From the human T2T-CHM13v2.0 reference genome, Homo sapiens: a stretch of DNA of 64,000 bases. Shown here piece after piece: positions 16,607 through 31,344 of this stretch (positions are counted from its first letter, which is position 1; the number at the start of each line of letters is the position of its first letter). The stretch is from the NCBI RefSeq assembly GCF_009914755.1, contig NC_060933.1; one strand, given 5' to 3'. The translations under genes and the position numbers were made by a program. The notes under the pieces were generated by a model. It was not told the DNA's origin and searched no databases. It worked only from the letters and a program-made list of their open reading frames with translations.

Positions 16607-17739
16607 TTGGTATTCAAACCAAATCACACATAGTAAGTGCCTTTTAAATATTTATTTGGTTGGATAGAAAGCTTCACTGTCGTTTTCAGATCTAACAGAG
16701 TCTGTAAAGGAAGAACTCTGCTCCCATTTAATTAGAAATGGTATTAAAAAATTAACTTCACAGCTCAGGAACTCAGACACTATCAAGTGATTTCACATCA
16801 TCTTCACCGCTAAGCCGCTGACCTCCAAGCACTTGATTATTACTAGATTCTCTTTTCCAGTTAGGTTATTTCACACTGGGATGAAGCAGAAGGCAGGAGT
16901 GTAATGCATAATTTCAAGGAATTTAAGATGAGAAAAGGGAACACCATGTTCACATTATGGACCAGTGATCAGACAGTTATTTACATGCTTGTCCCAATGC
17001 ACATGGCCATCTTCTAATCTAGTAGATCTTCCACCCCCTGCTATATAGGAAACATAATCAGTGTGCATGCAATTCACAGGGATAACTACATTAATCAGCA
17101 GTTGAGTTGAGGTGGAACATGGCAGAGTTTTAGTTTATTTTTTTCTACTTCCTTTAGAAGTGTCTGAATTTTACACAGCAATCCTGAGCAAATGAAAATG
17201 GCACAAGTTTCCACTCATGGCAGGATGCATGGATCAGATCACAAATAGTTTGATCTATAACTCAGTTTCCTTTTCTTGTTCACAGTTTCTGCACCAAGGA
17301 CTTTTTGGTGCTGACTACTTGGCTGTTTGATTGAGACAGGAAACCAGACACATCTTAGAGGATTTACAGGAGAATCTGGAGGTGTGAAATGCAAAAACAG
17401 GAGTAAACACTCTAAGGAGGTAAACAGCAACAGAGAACTTCCCAAATGAGAAGCTATAGATCAGACAAGAAAACTGAGATAAGGATGCTAGGTCCTATAA
17501 ATGTTAAGTGTAAACAAATTATAATCTCAGCTTCAGGGTGACTGGTATGCCACAAAAGGACTTGGAGTGCTTGCTCAAAAAGCATAGGTTGAATTAATTA
17601 ATTCAATTCATGGAATCTACATTATGTACTATTTTAAACCATCTCTCTCTCTCTTTTTTAAATAAACTATTATGTGTTTTTAGTTTTAAATACAATGTTA
17701 TAGATAATTTATTATTAGACTGAGAAAATTATAATCCAC

Positions 17740-17900
17740 ATAGTCTCAATCGTTGTTTCTCATTCATTCCTCATTTGTGAAATGGGGCAATATTAGTTAT
17801 ACCTTAAAGTTGTTGAAAAGATTAAATGGAATGATTTATGTAACACATATTCTAAGTTAACTGGCACCCTACAAGTCTACAGAAAATGTTTCATTACTAG
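17740..17900 (+). mobile_element. MIR SINE 3' part
   Basis: 'TTCCTCATTTGTGAAATGGGG...GTTGTTGAAAAGATTAAATG'. Confidence 0.6.
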
Positions 17901-18919
17901 TTTATCAAGGATTTATCCATGAAATTATTGCATGTATATAATAATTGTATGGGTAAACCTTAGATGAATTAAGTTAAAATAGAAGGAAAGATGTTTTTCA
18001 GATGTAAAAGAAATGGCTTCTCTAAAGTCAACATATTAAGAAAAAAGAGTCATGTAGTTTCTAATGATCATCTGGTAACCAGAAAGCATACACTCCAAAT
18101 ATTTCTAATCAGACTACCATATTAGGGTGATTATGTAGCCTGAAAATATGCCATGTAAATTAAAACACTTACCTTCCAAATAGCCACCCTCGTGGGATCA
18201 CATGATACGTTGAACAGTACATGATTTCAGTTTTAGCGACTTTAGACTTTTAAAACAAGATTTAAAAATGATATCTAATATTACTGTAATCAGAGTTTCA
18301 AACAGAAGTAGAGTATAACATGAAAAAAGAGACCCTATTTGTGAGAGAGACTCCTAAAATTCTCTACAGCCTAGGAAACCCAAATTAACTTTTTGTCTGT
18401 TTTTGACATAACAGTGACTATCCATTTAACAGAGTAGAGTGCACGGTCTGAAATATAATTCTTCAAGTAGCCTCTTTTATAAAGAAAAAGAAAATACAGC
18501 ACCATCTGGTAAAAATAAAATAAAGTTTGTAGTGAAGCAGGGGAACCAGGACGGTATCAGGCACGGTATTGTCTCCTTTTCTCCTTAATAAAGTCATTTT
18601 ATGGATCTTATGTATTTTGCATTGTAGAGAAAGCACTTTTTCTTAGAACACACAAAACGCATATAAACACAGATAAGGAGGCTCTAGCAAGATGCTTTGA
18701 ACTCTTTGGAAAGCACCTATAGAATGCATTCTTGTCAATATTTTATATGGTAAAACTTTGAAATATCACAAGAGTTTCAAAATGTTCCCACCAAAATTGA
18801 AAGTCATACATTGTTACATCATGAAAAAGTGGGACCTGAACCAGATAATAATTTTCTAGGTCATGCAAATATTCATGGTTTTACTTCCTTCTCATTAAAA
18901 TACCCATACCAAACCTATG

Positions 18920-19160
18920 ATAAGGCATAGGTTTCAGACTCAGACAGACCTGAATTCAAATTTGACCCTTTCGGCTCCAAGTCTTGGGTAAATTATTCAT
19001 TCTCAGAGAGTTGTGGTTTCTCTTTTCATCCTCATTTGTTAAAACAGGCAATTTTAATTATATCTCATGGTGGTTGAGATGGTTAAATGAGATGATTTAT
19101 ATAATGTCCATTGGACAGCACATAGTATATAGTAATTGCACAACAAATATGTGGTTATCA
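18920..19160 (+). mobile_element. MIR SINE
   Basis: 'CAGACAGACCTGAATTCAAAT...CTTGGGTAAATTA...CTCATTTGTTAAAACAGG...TTAAATGAGAT'. Confidence 0.65.
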
Positions 19161-19959
19161 GTTCATTTAGGATTTATCCATGCAATTATTAAACCAGTGC
19201 ATTGGGAGTAAAATTCTTCACAGACACATGAACTCTCTAAAAATCTAATAGAAGTGGATAAATTAAAAACACAGGGTGTTTATAACTTGCTATATGCATA
19301 AAGTAAATATGAAATATTCTAATACTCAATTATTCCATTTTTACTTTTTATTTATATATATAAACTCACAAATTTGTTTTTACATGTAAATATAAATTTT
19401 ATATATTATATGTAAATATACCTTAAATATAATACTTTACATATTATATAGATATATAAATAAATATAAATGCACTTTAAAATATACTCAGTGGTAATTT
19501 AAACTTGGATGCTACTGGCTATTTCAGTAATCAGAAGTTTAGATTTTCACATTTCAACCATCAGCTTTTACTGCTTTATTCTCTGATAATGTATTTTACA
19601 ATTTTGTTTCAGGAAAATAGTATTAGTTTTACCACTACTAACTTGTGGTCCCATCTTTGGCAGCTACTACCTCAAAACCATCTTTATAATAATCAGAAAT
19701 TAGAATTCCAAATAAGTCATTTAAATTCATTTGTCAAACTGCTCCTTTTCCAGGCTTTCCAAAAGATGCTAATAAATGGTAATTATCTTCAGGTATTAGC
19801 AAAAAAATCTAATTTTAAAATTTGGGAACCTATTTATTACCATTCTCAGTATTAAATATCTTTCCCAGTTAAAAGGATGAAATCTGTAGATTCCCTCCTC
19901 CCCATTTTGCAATCCATCAACTTTACAGAAAACTATTGATTGTTTTCCAGTGAATATAA

Positions 19960-20180
19960 AAACATAACTAATATGTAGTGAATTATTATGAGCTCGCCAC
20001 TGACTAAAGCACTTTAAATGTATTAATATTATCTCATTTAACTTCAAATTAATGACTCTTTTCCCCTACTTTTAGATAATGATACTCAGAGAAGTAGAGA
20101 AGCTGGCCTAACATCACAAACCTATGCTGTTGTGGAGCTGGCATTTGAAACCAGGTGTTTTCATTACATTCTCTGCTTTT
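19960..20180 (-). mobile_element. MIR SINE
   Basis: 'AAGCACTTTAAATGTATTA...ATCTCATTTAA...GAGCTGGCATTTGAAACCAGG'. Confidence 0.65.
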
Positions 20181-20479
20181 AAATACTTTCAAAAAAGCAG
20201 GAAATCTACATGGACTTCAAAGAAAATTGCCTAAGAATATCTTCTTTGAATGCATGCTTTTAACATTAATGTTTTTTCAGGATTATTATATCAACTGGAT
20301 TTCTCACACTCAGTTTCAGTTTCTTCACCACTCAAATATGCATAGTTTCTCCTCCTTGGGTAGAAGCCACAGTGTTCCTCAGTTACAAGGAGTGCTTTAT
20401 ATGAGAAATGGCATAAACAACTGTTGATACTTGTTATGGAGAAAAGTCAAATAACTCAGAAGCATGTGAAATCTGAAGT

Positions 20480-20700
20480 TTAATATTTTGAAAGAGTTGC
20501 TATGTAGAAAACAGGTGGCAGAACTAGAACCCATGGAGGAAAATTAAGGGATGAAGATTTTGGTTCAACACCAGAAAAAAATATTTTTAAAAAGAAATGT
20601 AATTAGTGTTGTCTAAATCATAATTGAACAGTCTCAGGAAGCAATGAGCTCTCTGTGGATAAACTCATATTCTGGAATGTAATAAGGCAAAGATGTAATA
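20480..20700 (+). mobile_element. Possible L3/CR1 LINE 3' fragment
   Basis: 'GAAGATTTTGGTTCAAC...GGAAGCAATGAGCTCTCTG' resembles CR1/L3 3' end; weak. Confidence 0.35.
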
Positions 20701-20821
20701 GAAAATGATCCAGCAATAGATGGGGATAGAAAAAATATAAGCATATAGTTATATAGTTTGTGTCAGTTTCCTCATGATTGTCAAGGGTTGGTGGAGGGTT
20801 AGAGAAGAGGAGGTCGCAGGA

Positions 20822-21248
20822 TGCTATGGATTGAATATCTGCATACCCTTACCCCCAAATCAAGTTAGTATGTTGAAGTTTAATCATTAAAATGATGGTA
20901 TTTATAGGTGGAGCCTTTGGGAGGTAATTAGGACATGAGGGTGGAACCCTAGGAATGAGATTCATGCCCTTATAAAAAGAGATATGAGAGGGCTTGTGTC
21001 CTGTCCGCTTTCCTCCATGTGTGTTAGATTGAGCAGCTAAAACAGATACACCATACATTGGGTAGCTTATGTGACCACACAGTTCTGGAGGCTGGGAAGT
21101 CCAAGATGAAGGTGTCAGTAGATCTAGTGTCTGGTGAAGGCTGGCTTCCTGGTTTGCAGATGGCTGCTTTTCCCTTATATTCCCACATGGAGGAAAGCCA
21201 AAAGAAGCAAGCCCTCTCATATCTCTTTTTATAAGGGCACTAATCTCA
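20822..21248. mobile_element. MLT1A/MLT1A0 MaLR LTR, rearranged (5' half sense, 3' half antisense)
   Basis: Begins TGCTATGGATTGAAT; 'GGAGCCTTTGGGAGGTAATTAGG' sense; 'CACAGTTCTGGAGGCTGGGAAGTCCAAGATGAAGGTG' antisense. Confidence 0.8.
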
Positions 21249-21922
21249 GATGAGAGAGAGCAACATAGAATGAAAAAATAAAAAGAACAAAATAGGGAGC
21301 ATGAAATTTTAGTGACTTGACAAACAATAGACATTTTTCTTTCTCTGCTCATACATCGACAGAAACTGGGAATATTTTTGTCATATTCTGCCACACTTGA
21401 ACAAATTTCAATGGAGGCATCATAACTGAGCCTGTGTTAAGACCAAACCTTTACTTGACTTACAAAACTTTCTGTGAGTTTTTTTCTTAGTATGGTTGAT
21501 TTCTTCAAGAAAAAGGATGTAAGTTTACCAATAAGGTATTTAAAGTACAAGTTACTTAATTCTTTATTAGCAAATAGTTGGCTGCTAATTTTTGCTTCTG
21601 AAAACACTTAATAATTAAAGGCTACAATATTTATATCTCAAGAAACGTCTCAGGTTTTTTCTCGTCACTAAGCTTAAATCTTACTCTTAAGCAAAAATAT
21701 TTTAAATTTGAAAACATACATTGTATTTGACTATTAGCTTTTTTTTAAAGAGAAGTCATTAAACTTAAAGCTAAAAATAAATTTTATATTTATGTGTAGC
21801 AGTTACCATATTGATGTGCTAAAAAGTTTATAGATTTAGCTACCGCAATAACAACTTTCTAATCAAAAGTTGAGACTGTTGTGAACAACTCTTTTGTGAA
21901 TATAACCTAGCATTGTACAGTA

Positions 21923-22292
21923 TAGATTGACTATCGCATATGCAAAATGCTTGGAACCAAAAGTGTTTCAGATTTCAGATTTTTTTTTTTTTCAGATTTG
22001 GGAATATTTATTTGCATATGCATAATGAGACATCTTAAGGATGGGACACAAGTCTAAACACAAAATTCATTTATGTTTAATATACACTGTATACACAAAA
22101 CTGAAGATAATCTTATATAATATTTTACGTAACTTTGTACCTGAAACAAAGTTCTGTCTGTGTTTTGACTGAGATTTGTCATATGAAATCAAGTGTGGAA
22201 TTTTCCACTTGTGGCATCATGTCAGCAATCAAAAAGTTTAGATTTTGGAGCATTTCCAATTTTGAACTTTTGGATTAGAGATGCTCAACCTG
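21923..22292 (+). mobile_element. Tigger4b/MER46-like DNA transposon
   Basis: 'AAAATGCTTGGAACCAAAAGTGTTTCAGATTTC' ... 'GATTAGAGATGCTCAACCTG' plus TA; diverged terminal inverted repeats. Confidence 0.85.
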
Positions 22293-23899
22293 TATTTCCT
22301 ACAAACTGTCATTAGGAAAAATCAGAAGACTAATTATTGTCTAAATTTTACCGTCTAGAATTTCTAATATCATTCAGCATTTTCAACTTTTTTCTTAATA
22401 GTTTCATATTGGACTGCTTGCTTCAAATTCACACATTAACCTAATAATTAAAAGCTAGTGGAAAGAATTATCAGATTAAAGCCTTAATTTCTACAAAGCA
22501 TAAGTTAATAGAGAAAAAGAAGTGCAAAGAGAGGCACCAGGTGGTTCATAGGACCTTCAGGTAAAACAAATGAGATTTTATTAGGCTTACAGATAGAATT
22601 TTTGCCTGTGTGTCAAGGGATAACAGGAGTGTTGATTTGAGTGGCTTATGAAACAGGCATGTTTAGCTCAGCAATATTACTCATCACTTGGCTTTTTAAT
22701 CTGCCAAGAGATGGGTACGATTTGCACTTATGAACTGTGTGTAATTATGGTGATTCAGGTTTTGGCTTATAATGAATCCTCCATCACAGTCTGTTTTCTC
22801 GGTCTTTTATTTTCTGTTCCTCTAAGGGAAGAGAGACCAAAGAGAATTCTACTTTGACCCTGGCTTAAGAGTGGAACATAGATGTCTATAAAACTATGTG
22901 GTATGTACATTTATAAAAATTTTAATTTGCATTTTCTCTAGGTTTTATGTTTTTGGTGATAACAGAATAAAGTGTGCATGCCATCCAAGATAAATGGATG
23001 AAGGAAGTTCACTTCTTTTTAATTATCTTATACTGACAGATAAAGCAAAATAGAAAAAAAATTCTGTATTTAACCTTAACAAGCTGAGACACACTAGAGA
23101 AGTGGAAAATAGATTGTGTGCATCTGATCGTGCTGCACATTCCCTTTAGGTTGCAATCTCTGCTGTTATTACCGACAACAACTGAGACTACAGTTTTAAC
23201 TCTGTATTTACTTCTAGTTATCCCACAATTGGTACATAGTATTGGATGGAGCCCTGTATTTCAAGGAGTTCAACTACCTAATTTTCATAGCTGAGATAAC
23301 TAAGTTTCTGAGTCCGTTTTCCTTTTTCCAGTCTGATCTCTCCTTTTCTCAAGGCTACTTTCGTTTCTGATAACATACTAAAGGTTATAGGATTTATCGG
23401 TATTTTGCCTCCTGGGGTCATTTGTTATTAAAAAAGAAACTCTATTCAAATAACTGAATCTCTACTATTGGATTTTCCAAAGCTATGATAGACCAGCTAG
23501 TGAAACTATTTTGTACTGGAATTTGGCAGGGTGATGGGGTGGGGAGAAGGTGTGGAGAGGAATTCTTGTCCTCAGTCCTGATATTTCTTTCCAGGTGAAT
23601 GTGGTCTTCCGTGTGCTATACTCCTTGCCTCTCTCTGCTCTTCTATTCACTATCTACCAGAGAAGATGGAGTGATTCACTCTGATTAATAAATTTGGAAA
23701 AAATCAATTAGACATGCTCCGAATAGTTCCACCCTTTTTGTCTTAGAAGACAGCTGCCCTCAGAGAGCAAGATTTTACCTTTGTAAATTGGTACACATGA
23801 TCTAGCTTAGCATTGCTTTTAACAGGGGGAAGTCTGTATAATTCCTGGATTATTATCATGCCAGTGGGTTCTCATATTATACTTTATCCTCCAAATTAA

Positions 23900-24245
<346 letters not shown>

Positions 24246-24544
24246 GATGCTTTTATTTCTATCTTCTCATTTGTGTAAAGTGAATAATGATATCTCACTG
24301 TGATTTCTAGTTCATTTTTGTGACTCACAAATATAGATACTACTTCCGTTATATTACCTGTTTATTTTCTTATGTGAATTGCTTTCTCATACCCTTTTCT
24401 AAATTTTCTCTTCAGTACTTTACAAAGGGATTTGAAAGTGAGTTTGGTGATAATACGAAAGTATTTCAAGTGGACAAAGTGCAAATAATAGTATCAGTTG
24501 ATGTTAGCATACACACACAGGAATGTCTTCTTTTATAGTAAAAT

Positions 24545-24837
<293 letters not shown>

Positions 24838-26479
24838 TATAGTAAAATATTGAGTGTGTGTGTATATGATAGAGAGAAAATAATACTAATTTTAAGAGAG
24901 TTATATGAAAATTCTTTTAGATTTCTAAGGAAAAGACTGACTCGAACAAATGGACATTTTAAGAAAGCTATTGCTACTTAGTAATGTATGAGTCAAATGG
25001 ATAGAAACTCCACTATTTGATGTGAGGTGTCTAGAATGTTGGGAAAGTGTTAATTCAATAGTGCTGTAGACAAAAAGTTTTCCACATTGATCCTATTTGT
25101 TCACCCATCTCCCTCCACCTAGGGGAACTACTTTTTAAAAGATGTTATGTTGTTCAAATTTCATATATAACCAATGTAAGTGAGCCATTAGTGTTTTTGG
25201 AGTATGAGGTAATAGATTCCTGTCCCCCACCAACTCCCTTATTTATCCCCTTTATGATTTCCTCACATAGCTAATAATGCAACAAGAAGAGCTTTAGGGG
25301 TGCAGAGAACTCAGAAATATCCCATTGCAATAGAAGGATATGTTTCCTTTTAAGGTAGCTCCGAAACAGCCCATTATATAATCATTTTGTCCCAAAGCAG
25401 TGGCTTTCATACTCACCCTGCCCATGGGCCTGACCATAACTGTTATTTCACTAAATCAGGTTATTTTTGGAGTGCCCAATTCTAAGTTGGCTGCTACTGG
25501 TGACATACATTTCATTATAGTTTGAGAGTTGTCAATATAAATACTCCACTCATAGACACCAAGAAGGTTCTTAGGAGGCAAGATCTAATCTTTAGAAAAA
25601 TTTTATTGACATTTCATAAAATATTTATTTAAAGCTTGAGAAGGAAACTTTCTGGCTGTTAATGTTTTTCAGCTACCAATGAGTCTAACTCACGCATCTT
25701 TTTTCTTTTGGTTGCAATTATTATACAACCTCCTGCACGCCCGCTCCATTGCACCTGCCTCTCAAAACCTAAAGAAAAAAGATTTAAGCAGCTAAAATTT
25801 TAATAAAATATGGAACAGTCACATGAATTTCTGAACTTTAAAATGGGGAAAACAATCATAGGCTCTGATGGCTAATTTCAGAATCCTTTACATTTCATAA
25901 TGAAAATTTCTATGTATAAAGATTCAAACTATTTGGAGACTTACATTTCAAAGGATAATTCTACTTTTTAGGCACTGTAACTTATTTTTATCCAAGAGAA
26001 AGAAGAAATGGTTAACTGAAAAGATTTAGTGACAGTGTTGTGATAGGAGTCAAAACGTCTCTAGTTGGCATAAGCATAGGAAAATAACTTTGTTGCAAAA
26101 CACTTGAGCTCTGTTTGCAGAAATGAATGGCTAGCGGATATTTTTGTTCTCTCTGTTATACTAATGGATAAAGGCATGCTGATAAGTCACTGTAGCTCTG
26201 TGGGGTTAATGCCAGAATGAAATACCAGAGCTGTACTCTTTCTTAGGAAATAGCAGATTCTTACAGACATGATCACAACACATTTTACAGACAAACTACA
26301 TTGCCTCATGTACTGTAGCCCCTATTCTGTGCTTTGGGGGTCACCACAATAATTTCTCTTAGAAATTTCCTAATTTCAATAAAGCCTACCATGGAAACTT
26401 ATTTGGTTGTTTGTTCCCTCTCTTATATCTGCTCCTCTGCGTCTTTCCCTTCTTTTCTGGCATTTGTTTTTCTTCTGTT

Positions 26480-26650
26480 CCTTTGGAGAAAGCACAGCCT
26501 TTAGAGCTAGTCAGTTTAGAATTTAGCTCAAATTTTATCTTGGTCACATATAACTATGGAAAAAGTATTTCCTTTCTAAAACCTCTCTGTTTTTTCATAC
26601 GGCAAATGGAGACTATATACTCTACACTTAGGATTAGAATTAACTGAGAG
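26480..26650 (+). mobile_element. MIR SINE (diverged)
   Basis: 'GAAAGCACAGCCTTTAGAGCTAG...ACCTCTCTGTTTTTTCATACGGCAAATGGAG'. Confidence 0.5.
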
Positions 26651-27414
26651 ACACACACATTTTCTCATTTTCTTTTCTTTTTTTTTTTTCTTTTCTTTTT
26701 TTTTTTTTGCTTCTCAATCAGCTCAGTTCTCTGTAGTAGATGAGGTAGTTATCAACGGGGAGGAGCTAGGAGTTTCCAGCTTAGCAATTTAATACTTTTA
26801 ATAACTATACAATTATTTCGTACAAATACAAGAACCTAAACAGCTTATAGAGCAAGAATTACAGTAAGATTGGCCCACCATGCTTTTCGCAATCTCCCAT
26901 AGTTGTGCTTTCATAAACAAAAGTGCTAACCTGAACTTCCAAATCAACAACTAAGCTCTGGCTCTATTACTACATCCCAGAACCATGACACAGATACATG
27001 ATTATAGACCCTGAACAACAATGCCCATCTTCACAGGCACTTTGAAATGGGGCAGGTTTCATTTTAGAGTATATTTTAAGGCATAAGAGTGTGCCTCCAG
27101 AATTTTAAGTTGTAGTGAAAATACTCTGTCTGTAACATAGAAAAATAAGCTTAGAAGACTCTCCGAGTTTCCTTCATGGATTAAAAAGTTGAGGATTCTT
27201 TTAACTACATAAATTCTGTGTCCTTTCAAATAGTAGTACCCTTACAACTTAAATAGCACAGGTGTACGTTACCATTTCATACCGATCAGCCCCAGTGGGG
27301 CGTGGAGGTAGGGGAAACAGTTAAATAGAGACTTTCCCAGATGTGTTCCAAAATCTGTCATTTCTGTTAAATTGGTAATTATCAAATTTATGACAAAATA
27401 AAGATCATATAGAG

Positions 27415-27565
27415 CTTTTCTAAACACAGATTTCAGAGTCTCAAATTTAGAGAGTCTACTTCAGTAGCTCTGGAGCATAGGCTAAGACTCTGGATTTTTA
27501 CAATGCATTTTAAGGAATCTTGATGTAAGTAGTCCTTGAACTTTACTGAAAAACTTTGCCCTACA
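27415..27565. mobile_element. MER5-like hAT-Charlie fragment
   Basis: 'CTTCAGTAGCTCTGGAGCATAGGCTAAGACTCTGGATTTTTAC' resembles MER5A. Confidence 0.45.
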
Positions 27566-28106
27566 CCCTGCCTTATAAATAAGTTATACAACTGCTTCTT
27601 GGGGCTGTTAAGCAATGGAGTCTAGTGAGATTGTTGCAATTTCTTGTGCTGAGAGAAAGAAATCCAATTAAGAAATGTAAATTCTTCTTCATGCTGAGAG
27701 AATATGAGGCAATAAAAATATGAATTTCTTTATGTTGCATAGAAGCTTCTGGGAGCCCATAAAGGGTGAGCAATCCTTACCAAGCAGCTGGACTGTCATC
27801 ATCTTCTCTGGCTTTTATGGGAGAAGATGAGGTACTTTTGGCACTTTTCTGAAAACAATCTCTTTAAGAGTTTCTGTACAGGCTGCAAGGCTTTTTCTTT
27901 TAATGCTTGAAATTCATAATTAACAATTTAGAATGGGGGAGAAATGTTAAAATATGGAATAAGTGCAATCCTTTTTCAGGATGATTATCTGATTTCTAAT
28001 TGCACCCAGCAATACAGTTGTTCAGAAAGACTGGTGGTTGGGAATAAAGAAAGCGTTTTCAGTAACTTTTAAGGAGACTTGTTAGTGCTTTAAAAAAGAG
28101 TGAACA

Positions 28107-28446
<340 letters not shown>

Positions 28447-30049
28447 CTAATTACTACTCATGCTCCAACATGGCTGTGTTACCCTGAAGCAGACCATAGT
28501 ACAGGGCTGGAGCACATGGGCTACTGTTGAAAATGTCAGAAAACTAAAACAAAGATGAAAAGCAAGTGGGAGTTTGGTGTGAGAGATTCGATTGCCTTGA
28601 TATGCCCATAGAAGCAGAGTTGAGTGAAGGGAGCTGTTTTTATCATTGAGAGGTTCCTTTCATTTAGTTTTCTGAGAGAATTCTATGTGAGCCTGGTTGA
28701 ATCCTATCTGCCACTTCAAATACTGTCTTCCTTTCCATTTTTCTGTTACATATAGTGAACTTGTTCCAATAACCTTTTCAAGTAGATTCCTGGTTATGTT
28801 TCCTTCCTTATGCCCTGGCTTTTGTAAATTCAATCTCTGCCTTAGTGATTCTAAATCCACATCAGACATATCCTATATAAGCAAACATATGTTGTTCAAG
28901 ACATATTCCTAAGCAGCATCTTCTATCCCACTTCTCTCTGTTTTTCATTATGCTCCTGATTCTTGATTTAAATGATGCTATTTTGGGAAAACAAATGTGC
29001 TCTGGGATTAACAGCAATTCCCTTTGTAAACCAAGCCTGTTAAAAATGCATTTCTAGAAGTCCAGCATAATTTGAACCAGCAAATCTAAGCATCTTCTTT
29101 CTATGTGGAGAGAATTTTAGGCTACTATATTCAAAAATTGCTTTATTAGCCACAGAAGAAATAGCCAAAAGTAGAGATTCCCAGAACAATTGTAAATGAG
29201 TCATTGAATTTAGAACACCATTTTGAAATGATTTTCAATCACTGAATAGACTTAGTAAGTACAAAGACAACTCAATTCTGGTGTGTATCTTCACCATTTA
29301 AAGATATTCACAGGTTTAAAATTTAATGTTTTCTTTGCATTTAGAGTGAATTTATTGTTGGCAGAAAATGCATGAGAGTCCGGACTGGAGAATTAAGTCT
29401 TCTGTTCCCTACATAATGGATCTAGCAGAAATGTTTAGCTATTTAGGATTCATGAGTGCTGTTCTGCCAGTCTACATTAGGCATGATTAGAGAGGGCCAA
29501 CTGAAGCTGGGATGTATTGAACTCTGTAAAGTATGTGAAACCACCTTGTGTCAGGGCCTGTTTAAGGAATGAAAGCTAAGAATTTGGCTAAGTGCACAAC
29601 AATGTAAGGATTGAATATCTCAGCAATTTACCTCAATCATAATAGCTCATGTCTTTTATCCCTTAGGTTGGGGCCCATTGTCTAGCTTACTGACTTCAAC
29701 TTCCTCTTCTATATAGGCTCTAGGCCTCAGACATAGTGTTGATTTCTATAAGCAACCATAGGCATGTTCTGACTGCTGTATTGTCTCCTAAAGAAGGCAT
29801 CTTACACTGTAAAGTTAGGAAAATCCCACCATACCTGAGGTCCAAAGTAGGGGTATTACTAGCATAAGGTCATATCACTAGTTAGTGGAAGAGCAGAGAT
29901 TTAAATTCAGATTTTAGAAAAAAGAAGTAAGGTAAAGTTTTGACAAATATTGGAATATGTGACATGTAATAGATCAACTTGGTTTGTGAATTCATATTAG
30001 GTATTGCATTCTGTATTAGTTTCTGCCACAAAGGAAGGAAGGGAACATT

Positions 30050-30270
30050 TATGGAACATACAGATTTTGAGTCAGGCAAGCCTGGGTTCAAATTCTGTCC
30101 CACTACTTAATAGCACAGTGATTTGGGGGAAATTACGAAACCTCTCAAGGACTCACTGCCATCATTGATAAAATGGGAATAATACTAAACTTCATAACAA
30201 TTTGCAAGACCATTTATAAAGAGGTTGGCAGAGTGCCTAAGTAATAGTAGACTTAGTGAGGACTCAGCTG
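30050..30270 (+). mobile_element. MIR SINE
   Basis: 'GAGTCAGGCAAGCCTGGGTTCAAATTCTG...TAAAATGGGAATAATA'. Confidence 0.75.
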
Positions 30271-31344
30271 TAAAGCCTACACTCTCCCTACCATACCATA
30301 GATCCTTCCTATTGGCAACATCACTGTATTTGTAACTATGTATTTCCCTGTCACTCTAATAATAGTCACAAGATAATTTCCATTATGAGATATCAAAATT
30401 TCCAAGACCGTGTGATAAGTTTGACTAATACAATTAGAAATAAAGAAGGAAATGCCATTATATATTTGTAAAGTAAGATTTTAAATGAGATCATTGAAAG
30501 CCTACTTGTTTATCTTTCAGAGACACTCAGTGATTCTTTTTTCTTCCCAAGTAATGGATTATATGGATTATTATATATTTAATTGCTATTTTGAGAAAGG
30601 TATTCCTCCAAATGGGCATTAGGGAAACAGGACAGATTTTAATTAAACCATTTAGCACATACTGAATAACCTCATCAGGAGGCATGATAAAAGTATGCTT
30701 AATTGGCTCAGAAAGATGGTAGTAATGTGAGAACTTCAAACACAAAGTTAACTGCAGAGATAATTCTACATCTATCTCCTAATCAACAGCAAGGGAAACT
30801 ACTAAACATTTAAATAGGCAAGGCAAGAAAATCAGAGAATAGGCTATACTTTCATCTAATTTGTCTCTCAAAAAAGTTTCTTCAGGTGTGCACGTGTATT
30901 CTATTTTGGTGACAAGACTACATAAGGAAGGGACTGCTTTATTTCTAAGGCTGTCTGACAGCACGTTTCCCTCAATACTTTGTACAGTGTGTATGGTAGT
31001 GTTTCTCATTCTATTATTCCTTTCATTCTTCTCTCTATCCCACCTAAAACTTAACACTTTTCTAAATATCAGTGCCAGCATAGGCACTTAAGAACAGGAC
31101 GGAGAATAGAATTGTCTATCCCATGTTTCTATTTGTCTCCACCAGGCAATATAACGGGTCAGAAGACCAGGCAGACTGGTCAGAGAATGGGGCAGCACTG
31201 GACCAATTGCAGGACAGTTAAACAGCTAGCTAGCTAGATTGTAAAACAGCTATCTGAAGTCAACTAAGTTCTGAGGTCTGAAAACCAGAAGACCACAAAA
31301 GATCAAGTAAATGAATGATAGAATTGAAAGAGGTAGGTATAAAT

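Noticed and set aside
19340-19480. AT-rich quasi-palindromic tract (similar one at 45140-45200)
   Set aside because: Low-complexity TA/CA-derived sequence
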